Positions 30,038-40,237 of a stretch of 64,000 nucleotides of DNA are shown here, piece after piece. This stretch comes from an uncultured Collinsella sp. (GTDB taxonomy: Bacteria > Actinomycetota > Coriobacteriia > Coriobacteriales > Coriobacteriaceae): contig CAUFRY010000001.1 of NCBI GenBank assembly GCA_959028445.1, forward strand, positions 45,940 to 109,939. The letters run 5' to 3'. Under the pieces are notes generated by a model. It ran no database searches and was not told where the DNA came from. It saw nothing but the letters and a program-made list of their open reading frames with translations. The position numbers and the translations under genes were made by a program. Numbering within the stretch: position 1 is the first letter of the stretch; each line of letters opens with the position of its first letter.

Positions 30038-31468
30038 CTACTTTGCCCCGTGACCCATCTCGACGACCTTGGTCAGCGATCCAAACACGCCCTCGTCAGC
30101 CACGAGCTGTGCCTCGGCACGCTGCAACTGCACGGCAACGGCGGCAGGAGCGGTGCCGCCCTCGGTCGTGCGCGCGGCGACAATCGACGGGATATCGAGC
30201 GCCTCGGTAATGTCGCGCTCAAAGAGCGGGCTTGCCTCCTGGAACACCTCAAACGGCAGGTCCTCAAGATTGCAGCCGCGCTTCTCGCACATCAGGACCA
30301 GATGGCCCACCACGGCATGTGCCTCGCGGAACGGCAGGCCACGCTTGGCCAGGTAATCGGCAACATCGGTGGCGGCAAGGTGCCCCACGCCGCACTCGCG
30401 CGCCATGGCATCCTCGTTGACGGTCCAAGTCGAAATCATTCCGGCCATAACGGACAGGCACTGCATGAGCGTATGGGCGGTATCGAGCGCGCCCTCCTTG
30501 TCCTCCTGCAAGTCCTTGTTATAAGCAAGCGGCAGGCCCTTCATGGTTACCAGCAGCTGCACCAGGTTGCCGTACACGCGACCGCTCTTGCCGCGGATAA
30601 GCTCGGCAAAGTCGGGGTTCTTCTTCTGCGGCATGATGGACGAGCCAGTGGAGTACGAGTCGGAAAGCGTGATAAAGCCAAATTCGGAGCTCGACCACAG
30701 TACGATCTCCTCGGAAAGACGCGACAGGTGCATCGCCATGACGGATCCGGCGTAATGCAGATCGAGCAGAAAATCACGGTCGGAAACGGCATCGAGCGAG
30801 TTGGGGATCACGCCCGCAAAGCCAAGTTCGGCAGCCGTCATCTGGCGATCGAGCGGATAGCTCGTACCGGCAAGCGCAGCGGCACCCAGCGGGCAGTTGT
30901 CGGCAGCATCAAAGGCGGCCTTCAAACGCGTAAAGTCGCGCGCGAACATCCAGGAATACGCCAGCAGGTGATGCGACAGCAGCACGGGCTGAGCATGTTG
31001 CATGTGCGTGTAGCCCGGCAGAATCACCTTGTCGTACTTCTTGGCCGCATCCACCAGCACATGGCGCAGCTCAAGATTGGCCTCCATGAGCTCCTTGGCC
31101 AGCGCCTTGACGCCCAGGCGCGTATCGGTCGCCACCTGGTCGTTGCGCGAACGCCCAGTATGCAAGCGCTTGCCAGCCTCGCCGATGCGACGCGTCAGCT
31201 CGCTCTCGATGGACATATGAATGTCCTCATCGTTGATGTCGAAGGTAAAGTTGCCGGCATCGATATCCTGTTCGATTCCGGTCAGGCCCTTGGCAATCGC
31301 CTGCTCGTCCTCGGCACTGATGATGCCCTGGGCGGCCAACATCTTGGCATGCGCCTTAGAGCCGGCGATATCCTGCTTATAGAGATGTTTGTCGACCGGC
31401 AGCGACGCGCCAAACTCCTGCGTGACCTCGGCCACGCCCGCCTCAAAACGACCGCCCCAAAGAGCCAT
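30038..31468 (-). CDS. argH: Argininosuccinate lyase
   Basis: LWGGRF, HTGRSRNDQV and GSSIMPQKKNPD motifs. Confidence 0.96.
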   Translation of the reverse strand: MALWGGRFEAGVAEVTQEFGASLPVDKHLYKQDIAGSKAHAKMLAAQGIISAEDEQAIAKGLTGIEQDIDAGNFTFDINDEDIHMSIESELTRRIGEAGKRLHTGRSRNDQVATDTRLGVKALAKELMEANLELRHVLVDAAKKYDKVILPGYTHMQHAQPVLLSHHLLAYSWMFARDFTRLKAAFDAADNCPLGAAALAGTSYPLDRQMTAAELGFAGVIPNSLDAVSDRDFLLDLHYAGSVMAMHLSRLSEEIVLWSSSEFGFITLSDSYSTGSSIMPQKKNPDFAELIRGKSGRVYGNLVQLLVTMKGLPLAYNKDLQEDKEGALDTAHTLMQCLSVMAGMISTWTVNEDAMARECGVGHLAATDVADYLAKRGLPFREAHAVVGHLVLMCEKRGCNLEDLPFEVFQEASPLFERDITEALDIPSIVAARTTEGGTAPAAVAVQLQRAEAQLVADEGVFGSLTKVVEMGHGAK

Positions 31469-31586
31469 GGAACCGTCTCCTTTCTCCAAATACCAAAACA
31501 AGCGTCCAAAGCAATGTGCCCTGTCGCTAAAGCGATTTATCAACCGCTAGTTTTACACACTCCCTGCCGCGCGCGGGGCCATGTGG

Positions 31587-31757
31587 CTAATTTGCAAAGA
31601 AGTGACGCACCATGCACTTGGCGCCCAACGTCTCCCTCCGGATGTTGCCCTGCGAACCATCGATCCAGGCCTTCAGGCTCATAGGAACGTCCTCGACCCT
31701 TACAGCATCGAACTCGGGCGCGAGGGCAAGCAAAGCATGCGCGATAGCATTGAACAT
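31587..31757 (-). CDS. Putative 56-aa small protein (MFNAIAHALLALAPEF...VRHFFAN)
   Basis: RBS GAGGAG 8 nt before ATG, open to TAG. Below the ORF-track size cutoff. Confidence 0.4.
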   Translation of the reverse strand: MFNAIAHALLALAPEFDAVRVEDVPMSLKAWIDGSQGNIRRETLGAKCMVRHFFAN

Positions 31758-31799
31758 AATGGATACTCCTCATATATATAGGCACAGAGCCGCCAAATT

Positions 31800-31892
31800 G
31801 ATAGAAGGAGCCCCGCCGGACAACCCCGGCGGGGCTCGGACTCAGCCGCAGACGCGGCATCATATATGCGGGCGGAACGTAGGGGCCACCGA
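31800..31892 (-). promoter_or_regulatory. Structured RNA element / terminator between argG and the small ORF
   Basis: 12-bp stem GAGCCCCGCCGG/CCGGCGGGGCTC preceded by GGTGGCCCCTACG and CCGCGTCTGCGG. Confidence 0.45.
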
Positions 31893-31990
31893 TGTTAAGA
31901 AGTGTCAGCAAGCATAACGAAAGGTAGGGACCCCGTGCGCCCGTTATGTATCACGCGGATGGGCCGCGCGGATACCAAGGGAAGGAGGCG

Positions 31991-33217
31991 CTAGGCCTGG
32001 GCAGCAGCAGAGCTGGGGCCTTGGACCTTTGCCCACGTCTTGAGCGACAGCGTATCGATCTCGATAAAGCCGGCGCTGGCCTTCTCGTCAAACGTGGTGT
32101 CGCGGTCGTAGGTAGCCAGGCCGTAGTCGTAGAGGCTGAAGGGACTCTTGCGGCCGACGACATGGCAGTTGCCCTTAAAGAACTTCAGACGGACAGTGCC
32201 GGTCACGAACTTCTGGGTATCGGCCATAAAGGCGTCGAGCGCGTTCTTGAGCGGGCTGTACCACTGGCCGTTGTACACGGCGGTGGCCCAATCCTGCTCG
32301 AGCTTGATCTTGGTCTTGAGCAGGTCGCCCTCGACGCAGATGTCCTCGAGCGCCTTGTGGGCGGTGATGAGCGTCAGGGCGCCGGGAACCTCATAGCACT
32401 CGCGGCTCTTGAGGCCCACCAGACGATCCTCGACCAGGTCAAGACGGCCAAAGCCGTTGTCGCCCGAAATCTTGTTGAGGGCGATGACGATCTCGGAGAG
32501 CTTCATCTTCTTGCCGTCGACGGCGACAGGCTTGCCGGCCTCAAACTCGATCTCGGTATAGGTCGGGGTGTCAGGCGTGTCCTCGGGGTTCTTGGTCATA
32601 ACCCAAGCGTCATCGAGCGGCTCATTCCAAGGGTCCTCCAGGTGACCGCACTCGATGGCGCGACCCCACAGGTTGTCGTCGATGGAGTAGGGGTTGTCGT
32701 TGGCACCCTCGGGAACCGGCACGTTGTGGGCGTGGGCATAGGCGACCTCGTCGGGACGGCACTTCAGGTCCCACTCGCGAACCGGGGCGATAACCTTGAG
32801 CTCGGGGTCGAGGGCCTTGACGGCGGCCTCAAAACGGACCTGATCGTTACCTTTGCCAGTGCAGCCGTGGGCGACGTAGGTCGCGCCAAACTCGTGGGCG
32901 ACCTCAACAAGCTTCTTGGCAAGCAGCGGGCGAGACAGGGCGGAGAGCAGCGGATACTTATTCTCGTACATGGAGTTTGCGGCGATGGCTTTGGTCAGGA
33001 ACTCATCGGAGAACTCGTCGCGCAGGTCGAGCACCTGGCAATCGAGAACGCCCAGGTCGAGCGCCTTCTGCTTCTTGGCATCCAGTCCGGTCTCTTCCTG
33101 GCCCACGTTGCCGCAGACGCAAACGACATCGAGATTCTTCTCGTCCTGGAGCCACTTGACACATACGGATGTATCAAGACCACCGGAATATGCGAGAACG
33201 ACTTTTTCCTTGCTCAT
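31991..33217 (-). CDS. argG: Argininosuccinate synthase
   Basis: LAYSGGLDTS, HGCTGKGNDQVRFE and GLKSRECYE motifs. Confidence 0.97.
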   Translation of the reverse strand: MSKEKVVLAYSGGLDTSVCVKWLQDEKNLDVVCVCGNVGQEETGLDAKKQKALDLGVLDCQVLDLRDEFSDEFLTKAIAANSMYENKYPLLSALSRPLLAKKLVEVAHEFGATYVAHGCTGKGNDQVRFEAAVKALDPELKVIAPVREWDLKCRPDEVAYAHAHNVPVPEGANDNPYSIDDNLWGRAIECGHLEDPWNEPLDDAWVMTKNPEDTPDTPTYTEIEFEAGKPVAVDGKKMKLSEIVIALNKISGDNGFGRLDLVEDRLVGLKSRECYEVPGALTLITAHKALEDICVEGDLLKTKIKLEQDWATAVYNGQWYSPLKNALDAFMADTQKFVTGTVRLKFFKGNCHVVGRKSPFSLYDYGLATYDRDTTFDEKASAGFIEIDTLSLKTWAKVQGPSSAAAQA

Positions 33218-33771
33218 GGCTGTTTCCTTTCGCCCTTGGTAGCTAGTTAGAACATCGGTCAGTTGCAAGTCATTTCAAGGTCATATACCGTGCAATATCA
33301 GGTTAAATAGCAAAAATCAGCACATACATGCCCTAGAAACATGCAGCAATGTCGTGCTAAAACCCAACGACCTCAAAATGACTCTGTTGAGGCAATTCGC
33401 CCCATGCGGACAGAGACGATTGTTATCGTCGTCGGGAAATTGCGCGCTGGCGTCGGATGGCATTGTCTGCAGTGGTGATGATCTTTACGAACTGCATCTG
33501 CCTCTCCTTTCACGTATCGCCGGGCGCAATTCAAATATCGTAAACGGTACCTTTTACTCGGTAAGCGGTTGTTTTTCCGTCTCCGTTTTCGATGGTCGCT
33601 ATATTACGCTAAAGTGCCCGCAGCACAAGCGACAAATTCAAATTTCTGAAAAGTTTTTTCATTACTTTGTGAAGCGTGGTGCAAATACGCACCATTCCTG
33701 CGAAAATACGCTCGACTACTAGTTGATGGTTATAACGTCTGAAACAATCTCGAAACGAAAGGCGCATTTTT

Positions 33772-34599
33772 ATGCAAACTTACGAATCGGACGCCAACAT
33801 CGGCAACATTAAGATTCTCGCCGTCGATATGGACAAGACGCTGCTGACCGACGAGCGTGTGCTGCCCCAGGGTCTTGATGAGCGCCTGGACAAGCTCGCC
33901 GACGCCGGCATCGTATTCTGCCCCGCCAGCGGACGTCCCGCCCCCAAGCTCGAGGAGATGTTCGAGGGCATCAAGAACCGCCTCGCCTTTTGTCCCGACA
34001 ACGGAGCTTGCGTGATCTATCGCGGCAGCTATATCTATAAAAGCAATATTGACGTGGAGCTGTATCAGCAGGTCTTGAACCGTGCCTCGGAGGATCCTCG
34101 CGCTGTCCCCGTCCTGTGCTGCTTCGACGAGTTCTACGTGCTTGCCCGCGACCATCAATACCACGACGAGATCAGCGTCTACTACAACACAATCAACTAC
34201 GTAGACAGCTTTGAGGGCATTGATTTCGAGTCCAACAAGATTTCGGTCTTCTTCCCCGGCTACGACGCCGAGCCCGCTTTCCGCGAGACCTATAGCCCCG
34301 AGTTCTCGGACAAACTCTACGTCACCAACGCTGGGCGCGAGTGGATCGACTTTATGAACCTGGGCGTCGACAAGGGCGCCGGCGTCGCTCACCTGTGCGA
34401 GCACCTGGGCATCGATATTGCCGATGCTGCCGCCGTGGGCGATACCTACAACGACATCCCCATGCTGGAGCGCGTCGGGCATAGCTTTATCGTGGACAAT
34501 GCCGAGGAGCACATGAACGCGCACGCCAAGTGGCGCATTCCGAGCAACAACGACGGGGGCGTACTGACGCTCATCGACGCCATCTTGGCGGCTCGTTAA
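33772..34599 (+). CDS. Cof-type HAD-IIB hydrolase
   Basis: AVDMDKTLL, ASGR, VDKG and VGDTYNDIPML motifs. Confidence 0.9.
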   Translation: MQTYESDANIGNIKILAVDMDKTLLTDERVLPQGLDERLDKLADAGIVFCPASGRPAPKLEEMFEGIKNRLAFCPDNGACVIYRGSYIYKSNIDVELYQQVLNRASEDPRAVPVLCCFDEFYVLARDHQYHDEISVYYNTINYVDSFEGIDFESNKISVFFPGYDAEPAFRETYSPEFSDKLYVTNAGREWIDFMNLGVDKGAGVAHLCEHLGIDIADAAAVGDTYNDIPMLERVGHSFIVDNAEEHMNAHAKWRIPSNNDGGVLTLIDAILAAR

Positions 34600-34610
34600 C
34601 GTAGCTCATC

Positions 34611-34740
34611 GGACCTGGCCGGGCGAGGCGGGTAAGTTTTTCGCTCGGTCAGGTCCTGGGCTCGCTCGGAAAGCACATTAAGTGCTTTCCGGCTCGTGCG
34701 GAATCTACGAAAAACTTACCCGCCTCGCCCGGCCAGGTCC
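34611..34740. repeat. Long inverted-repeat element (33-bp perfect arms, inner hairpin)
   Basis: GGACCTGGCCGGGCGAGGCGGGTAAGTTTTTCG with its exact reverse complement. Inner CGGAAAGCAC-attaa-GTGCTTTCCG. Confidence 0.85.
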
Positions 34741-34807
34741 TGCGGTGACTTGCTTGCCGCCTGGATGGCGTCTTGGCATCTAGATACTTGGCTGATTTTT
34801 TTGGAAT

Positions 34808-34841
34808 GAAGGGGGCTCCTTGTTGGCAAGGAGCCCCCTTC
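34808..34841. terminator. Hairpin terminator between convergent Cof and polA
   Basis: GAAGGGGGCTCCTTG-ttgg-CAAGGAGCCCCCTTC. Confidence 0.65.
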
Positions 34842-34875
34842 TGGTTTTGGTTACTTTGGAATTGTGGATGCTTCC

Positions 34876-37626
34876 CTATTTAGCGTCGGCCCAGGTTATG
34901 CCGGTGCTGGCTTCGGCGATTAGGGGGACGCGGAGGTCTACTACGTGTTCCATGACGTCGCGGACCATGGTGGTTAGGCGCTCGACTTCGTCGATGGGGC
35001 ACTCAAAGTCCAGTTCGTCGTGCACTTGCAGGATCATGTGGGCGGCAAAGCCTTCTTCTTCCAGGCGACGACTTACGCGGGCCATGGCGATCTTGATGAT
35101 GTCTGCTGCGGTGCCCTGCATGGGATGGTTCATGGCCGTGCGCTCGCCAAAGCCGCGGAGTTGCGGGTTTTTGGCCTTGAGCTCGGGAATATGGCGTCTG
35201 CGGCCATACATGGTCTCGGCGTAGCCCGTCTGCTTGGCGCGCGCCACCACGTTGTCGAGGAACGTACGCACGCCCGGGTAGGCCTCGTAGTAGCGGTCGA
35301 TCATGTCGCGCGCCTCGGCCATCGAGATATGCAGCGACTGCGACAGGCCGTAGGCCTGCTGGCCATACACGATGCCAAAGTTCACGGCCTTGGCGCGACT
35401 GCGCAGGTCGGGCGTTACCTCGGACACCGGCACACCAAACACGCGCGCCGCCGTCTCGGCATGGAAGTCCTCGCCCTCGTTAAAGGCGCGCACCAAGTGC
35501 TCGTCACCCGAGAGATGTGCCAGCAGACGCAGCTCGATCTGCGAGTAGTCCACCGCCAAAAAGACGCTTCCCTCGCCTGCCGAAAACGCCGTCTTGACGG
35601 TACGCCCCAGCTCCGAGCGCGTCGGAATGTTTTGCAGATTAGGGTCGCTCGAAGACAGACGCCCCGTCGCGGTGATGGTCTGGTTGTACGTGGTGTGCAC
35701 ACGACCGTCACCGCGGCGCAGCGGGCCCAACGTGTCCAGATAGGTTGACTTGATCTTGGACTTCTCGCGCCAGTCTAAGATCAAACGAACAATCTCGTGG
35801 TCACGGGCAAGATCACTCAGTACCTTGGCATTGGTCGAATAGTAACCGCGCTTGGTCTTTTTGAGACCCTTGGTCGGAAGGCCCATCACATCAAAGAGCA
35901 CATGCGAAAGTTGCATGGGGCTGCCGATGTTAAAGGTCTCGTCACCGGCAAGGTCGCGAATGCTTCGTTCGACCTCGGTGATCTGGGTCGCCAGACCCTC
36001 GGACAGACTGTGCAGGCGGTCGGGGTCCACGAGCATGCCCGCGCGCTCCATCTTGGCAAGTACCGGAACGAGCGGCATCTCGATGCCATCGAACACGTTG
36101 GCGGCGTTCTCACGGGCCATGCACTCGCGCAACGGCGCCACGAGCGCCAGCGTCAGAGCCGCAGTACGGGCGGCAGGCGCCGGAGCGTCCTCACCAGCAC
36201 CCTCTGCACCGCGCGCCGCAGGCAACGCCATCTGCAGATAGGTATCAGCCAGATACGCCTCATCAAACTCGGAGCGGTCGGAATCCAGCAGGTAGGCGGC
36301 AACCACGGTATCGAAGATACGCGTGGAATCGGCAGCGAGCGGATCCATGAGCTCGGGCTCAGAGGAATCGATGGGCGAAAGCTCGTGCAACAGCGCCTTC
36401 ATATCCGGGCTCGTCACGCGGCCTTCCATAAACAGGCGCGCGAGCACACCAGCGATCACGCCGTGGGCAAAATTGAAGCCCTCGACAGCGGCAGGCGCGC
36501 CGCCATCGGCTTCCTCGAGCGCAAAGAGCCCCTTGGACGTCGCCAGCCACAGCGTACGCGTCAGGCCAAAGAGCGCACCCTCCTCCTTGTCATCGTCCAC
36601 CACGGCGGCAACCCACTCGCCCGCCTCGATCGTGCGAGCGATCTCGGCGGCAGCGGCAGCGAGCGCCTCGGCATCGCCGGCGGCAGCGCGCGAAACCGCG
36701 GGCATCTCGAACGCGCTGGCGGTGGCCGCAGCCCCGCCTTCGCCGCCAATCAGCGCCAAGAAACGGTTCTGCATGGCGGTGATACCAAGCGTACCCAGCG
36801 CCGCGGAGACCTCGTCGGCAGAAAACGCCGGAAAGGACGTCGCCTCAAAGTCGAGCTCAACAGGCGCATCGGTGCGAATGGTCGCAACCTTGCGGCTCAG
36901 CAGTGCGTCGTCGATGTGCGCACGCAGGTTCTCGCCCATCTTGCCCTTGACCTCGTCGGCATGCGCGATGACCTCGTCCAAGCTGCCGTACTGCGCGATG
37001 AGCGCGCTCGCCTTTTTGGGGCCGATGCCCGGTACGCCGGGAATGTTGTCCGACGTATCGCCCTTCAGGCCGTAAAAATCGGGCACGAGCGCCGGCGTGA
37101 TGCCGTGATACAGATCGTCCACGCTCTCGGGCGTCATGATTGCCACGTCGGACAGGCCCTTACGAGTCGAGACCACGTTGACATGCTCGGTCACAAGCTG
37201 ATACATGTCGCGGTCGCCGGTCACCAGCAGCATGTCGCAGCCGGCCTCCTCACCCAGGCGCGCCATGGTTCCCAGGATATCGTCGCCTTCCCAGCCCTCA
37301 GACTGCAGAATCGGCACGTTGAGCGCACCGAGCAGCTCCTTGATCATAGGGAACTGCGCGTGCAGATCGGGGTCCATGGGCGGGCGCTGCGCCTTATACT
37401 GCGGCAGCATCTCCATGCGCACGCGCGGTTTGCCCTTGTCAAACGCCACGACGACGCCGTCGGGGTTAAAGGCATCGATCATCTTAAGAAACATGTTCAG
37501 AAAGCCAAAGATCGCGTTGGTGGGGCGACCGTCCGGCGCGTTCATAGTCGGCGGCACGGCGTGGAAGGCGCGATGCATGAGCGAGTTGCCGTCGATAACG
37601 GCAAAGGTGCGGCGCTTGTCAGACAT
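34876..37626 (-). CDS. polA: DNA polymerase I
   Basis: 5'-3' exonuclease (DGNSLMHRAFHA) and polymerase motifs (TGRLSSSDPNLQNIP, DYSQIELR, KAVNFGIVYG, QVHDEL). Confidence 0.97.
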   Translation of the reverse strand: MSDKRRTFAVIDGNSLMHRAFHAVPPTMNAPDGRPTNAIFGFLNMFLKMIDAFNPDGVVVAFDKGKPRVRMEMLPQYKAQRPPMDPDLHAQFPMIKELLGALNVPILQSEGWEGDDILGTMARLGEEAGCDMLLVTGDRDMYQLVTEHVNVVSTRKGLSDVAIMTPESVDDLYHGITPALVPDFYGLKGDTSDNIPGVPGIGPKKASALIAQYGSLDEVIAHADEVKGKMGENLRAHIDDALLSRKVATIRTDAPVELDFEATSFPAFSADEVSAALGTLGITAMQNRFLALIGGEGGAAATASAFEMPAVSRAAAGDAEALAAAAAEIARTIEAGEWVAAVVDDDKEEGALFGLTRTLWLATSKGLFALEEADGGAPAAVEGFNFAHGVIAGVLARLFMEGRVTSPDMKALLHELSPIDSSEPELMDPLAADSTRIFDTVVAAYLLDSDRSEFDEAYLADTYLQMALPAARGAEGAGEDAPAPAARTAALTLALVAPLRECMARENAANVFDGIEMPLVPVLAKMERAGMLVDPDRLHSLSEGLATQITEVERSIRDLAGDETFNIGSPMQLSHVLFDVMGLPTKGLKKTKRGYYSTNAKVLSDLARDHEIVRLILDWREKSKIKSTYLDTLGPLRRGDGRVHTTYNQTITATGRLSSSDPNLQNIPTRSELGRTVKTAFSAGEGSVFLAVDYSQIELRLLAHLSGDEHLVRAFNEGEDFHAETAARVFGVPVSEVTPDLRSRAKAVNFGIVYGQQAYGLSQSLHISMAEARDMIDRYYEAYPGVRTFLDNVVARAKQTGYAETMYGRRRHIPELKAKNPQLRGFGERTAMNHPMQGTAADIIKIAMARVSRRLEEEGFAAHMILQVHDELDFECPIDEVERLTTMVRDVMEHVVDLRVPLIAEASTGITWADAK

Positions 37627-37792
37627 ATTGAATACCTCGCTTTGGGCTGGGCACGGTTTGCTCACACCAGTTTACACGCTCCCCGCCCCGCGACCACTGC
37701 ACATCAAGCTCCCCTGCCGCCGCGAGCCCGCGCGTGATACGATGGCTCACGGTACATCAACCAGCACGATCGATCCGAAAGGAGCCTGCGTC

Positions 37793-39190
37793 ATGGAGCG
37801 TCCCTGCGCATGGAAAAAGTACACGCCACAGCAAGTCGAAGAGCTCGAGGAGCTTTGCCGCGGCTATAAGCAGTTTTTGAGCGAGAACAAGACCGAGCGC
37901 CTGTGCGTCAAGACCGGTATCAAGATGGCCGAGGAGGCGGGCTACGTCAACCTGGAGACCGTGATCGCCGAGGGCCGCGAGCTCATGGCAGGCGACAAAG
38001 TGTACGCCGCCAACCACGGCAAGGACCTTATGCTCGTCAACCTGGGCACCGCCCCGCTCGAGCAGGGCTTTAACATCCTGGGCGCCCACGTGGACTCGCC
38101 GCGCCTGGACCTTAAGCAGAATCCCGCCTTCGAGGCCGGCGACATGGCCTACCTCGACACGCACTACTACGGCGGCGTCAAGAGCTACCACTGGGTAGCC
38201 TCCCCGCTCGCACTCGTGGGCGTCATCTGCAAAAAGGACGGTACCACCGTCGACATCAATATCGGCGACAAGGCGGACGACCCGGTCTTTACCATCTCCG
38301 ACCTGCTGATCCACCTCTCGAGCGAGCAGATGTCCAAGCCTGCCAAGGACGCCGTCGATGCCGAGATCCTCGACGTGATCGTGGGCGGTCGTCCCGTCAA
38401 GTTCGATGGGGACGACAAGGACGCCCCCAAGGAGCCCGTCAAGCAGATGTTCCTGGACATCCTCAAGGAGCAGTACGACGTCGAGGAGGAGGACTTCCTC
38501 TCCGCCGAGATCGAGGTCGTGCCCGCCGGCCCCGCCCGCGACATGGGCCTCGACCGCTCCATGATTTTGGGCTATGGCCACGACGATCGCGTCTGCGCCT
38601 ACCCCTCCATGCTCGCCCAGATCGACGTCGCCAACGTGGAGCGCACGAGCATCACGCTCATCGTCGACAAGGAGGAGATCGGCTCCGTGGGTGCCACCGG
38701 TATGACGAGCCGCTTCTTCGAGAACACCGTCGCCGAGATCATGACGCTCGCCGGCGAGGATAGCCCGCTGGCCCTGCGCCGCGCACTCGCCCGCAGCCGC
38801 ATGCTCTCCTCCGACGTGTCCGCCGGCTTCGACCCGGGCTATGCCGGCAAGTTCGAGACCAAGAACGCGGCCTTTATGGGTCGCGGCCTGTGCTTTAACA
38901 AGTACACGGGCAGCCGCGGCAAGGGTGGCTCCAACGACGCCGACGCCGAGTACGTGGCCCTCGTCCGCGACATCATGGACGAGGCTGGCGTGGACTTCCA
39001 GACCTGCGAGCTCGGTCGCGTCAACGCGGGCGGTGGCGGCACCATCGCCTACATCATGGCCAAGTACGGCATGAACGTCATCGACTCCGGCGTTGCCGTC
39101 CTGTCCATGCACGCCCTGTGGGAGGTCGCTAACAAGGCCGATATCTACGAGGCCTACCGCGGCTACAAGGCCTTCCTCGAGCGCGCCTAA
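37793..39190 (+). CDS. M18-family aminopeptidase
   Basis: GAHVDSPRL, THYYGG, YGHDDR, DKEEIGS and SMH motifs. Confidence 0.92.
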   Translation: MERPCAWKKYTPQQVEELEELCRGYKQFLSENKTERLCVKTGIKMAEEAGYVNLETVIAEGRELMAGDKVYAANHGKDLMLVNLGTAPLEQGFNILGAHVDSPRLDLKQNPAFEAGDMAYLDTHYYGGVKSYHWVASPLALVGVICKKDGTTVDINIGDKADDPVFTISDLLIHLSSEQMSKPAKDAVDAEILDVIVGGRPVKFDGDDKDAPKEPVKQMFLDILKEQYDVEEEDFLSAEIEVVPAGPARDMGLDRSMILGYGHDDRVCAYPSMLAQIDVANVERTSITLIVDKEEIGSVGATGMTSRFFENTVAEIMTLAGEDSPLALRRALARSRMLSSDVSAGFDPGYAGKFETKNAAFMGRGLCFNKYTGSRGKGGSNDADAEYVALVRDIMDEAGVDFQTCELGRVNAGGGGTIAYIMAKYGMNVIDSGVAVLSMHALWEVANKADIYEAYRGYKAFLERA

Positions 39191-39200
39191 CCAACCCTTG

Positions 39201-39270
39201 TAACTTGCGGTGAAATACGGATTCATCAGGGCTTCCAACGGGGAAAGCGGTCTGTATTTCACCGCAACTT
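39201..39270. repeat. Palindromic repeat, family A
   Basis: TTGCGGTGAAATACGGA ... TCTGTATTTCACCGCAA. Confidence 0.82.
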
Positions 39271-39291
39271 TTTTAGCGGAAGGAGGATTCC

Positions 39292-40101
39292 GTGCTACAG
39301 GTCGTCATTTCGCCCGCCAAACAGATGCGGACAGCTCAAGATGCCTTTGACGTTTTGGGCATACCGCCTTTTGCACATCAGACGGCCCGGCTCCATCAGG
39401 CACTGCTAGGCATCGAACGCGAGGATGGCGCGGCAGGTCTTCAGGCCCTTTGGAACGTGAGCGACAGGCTGCTTACAACGTGCCTGGATACGCTTCACGA
39501 ATTTATGCCCGTCCTGAGCGATGCCGACCTCGCCGATCCCGATCTCGCGCGCCGAATCTCTCCCGCCGTCATGTCCTACCACGGCATCCAATACCAAAGC
39601 ATGGCGCCCGAGGTCATGGATGCTGCACAGCTCGACTGGCTGCAAAACCATCTCTGGATCCTCTCCGGATTGTACGGATGCGTGCGGCCTTTCCATGGCG
39701 TTGAGCCCTATCGGCTCGAAATGGGAGCCAAGCTCGCCGTCGACGGCGCTCGCGATCTCTATACGTTTTGGGGCGACAAACTTGCATGCGCCATTGCGCC
39801 GACCGGCTCCAACACCACGGTCGTCAACCTTGCCAGCGCGGAGTACGCCAAGGCCGTTCTACCCCATCTCGCAGGCGACGCCACAACCGTCACTTGTCTC
39901 TTTGGCGAAGGTGTCCGCAACGGCAAGCCCATCCAGCGCTCGACCGCCAGCAAAAAGGCGCGCGGCTCCATGGTGCGCTGGATGGCAGAAAACAAGCTCG
40001 AGGACGCCGCCGGTCTTACCGAGTTCAACATCGGCTATCGCCACGCCCCCGAGATCTCATACCCAGGCACCCTCGTGTTCATCAACGAACAGATGCTCTA
40101 G
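39292..40101 (+). CDS. yaaA: Peroxide stress protein YaaA (DUF328)
   Basis: ISPAK, ILSGLYG, PYRLEMG, NLASAEY and KKARG motifs. Confidence 0.9.
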   Translation: MLQVVISPAKQMRTAQDAFDVLGIPPFAHQTARLHQALLGIEREDGAAGLQALWNVSDRLLTTCLDTLHEFMPVLSDADLADPDLARRISPAVMSYHGIQYQSMAPEVMDAAQLDWLQNHLWILSGLYGCVRPFHGVEPYRLEMGAKLAVDGARDLYTFWGDKLACAIAPTGSNTTVVNLASAEYAKAVLPHLAGDATTVTCLFGEGVRNGKPIQRSTASKKARGSMVRWMAENKLEDAAGLTEFNIGYRHAPEISYPGTLVFINEQML

Positions 40102-40140
40102 ACCCGCCACCCAAAACTGACCCGCTCAGCCTTCTCTATA

Positions 40141-40209
40141 TAACTTGCGGTGGAATAGTTCCTATTTGAGCCTTTTATCGCACAATCAGGAACTATTCCA
40201 CCGCAACTT
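40141..40209. repeat. Palindromic repeat, family A
   Basis: Perfect 19-bp arms TTGCGGTGGAATAGTTCCT / AGGAACTATTCCACCGCAA. Confidence 0.82.
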
Positions 40210-40237
40210 TTATGAATTGGCTGGCTAGGCTCGACAC

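Noticed and set aside
33220..33770. ARG boxes or a gene in the argG-Cof intergenic region
   Set aside because: Only weak partial matches. The 122-aa ORF lacks an RBS and coding-like composition.
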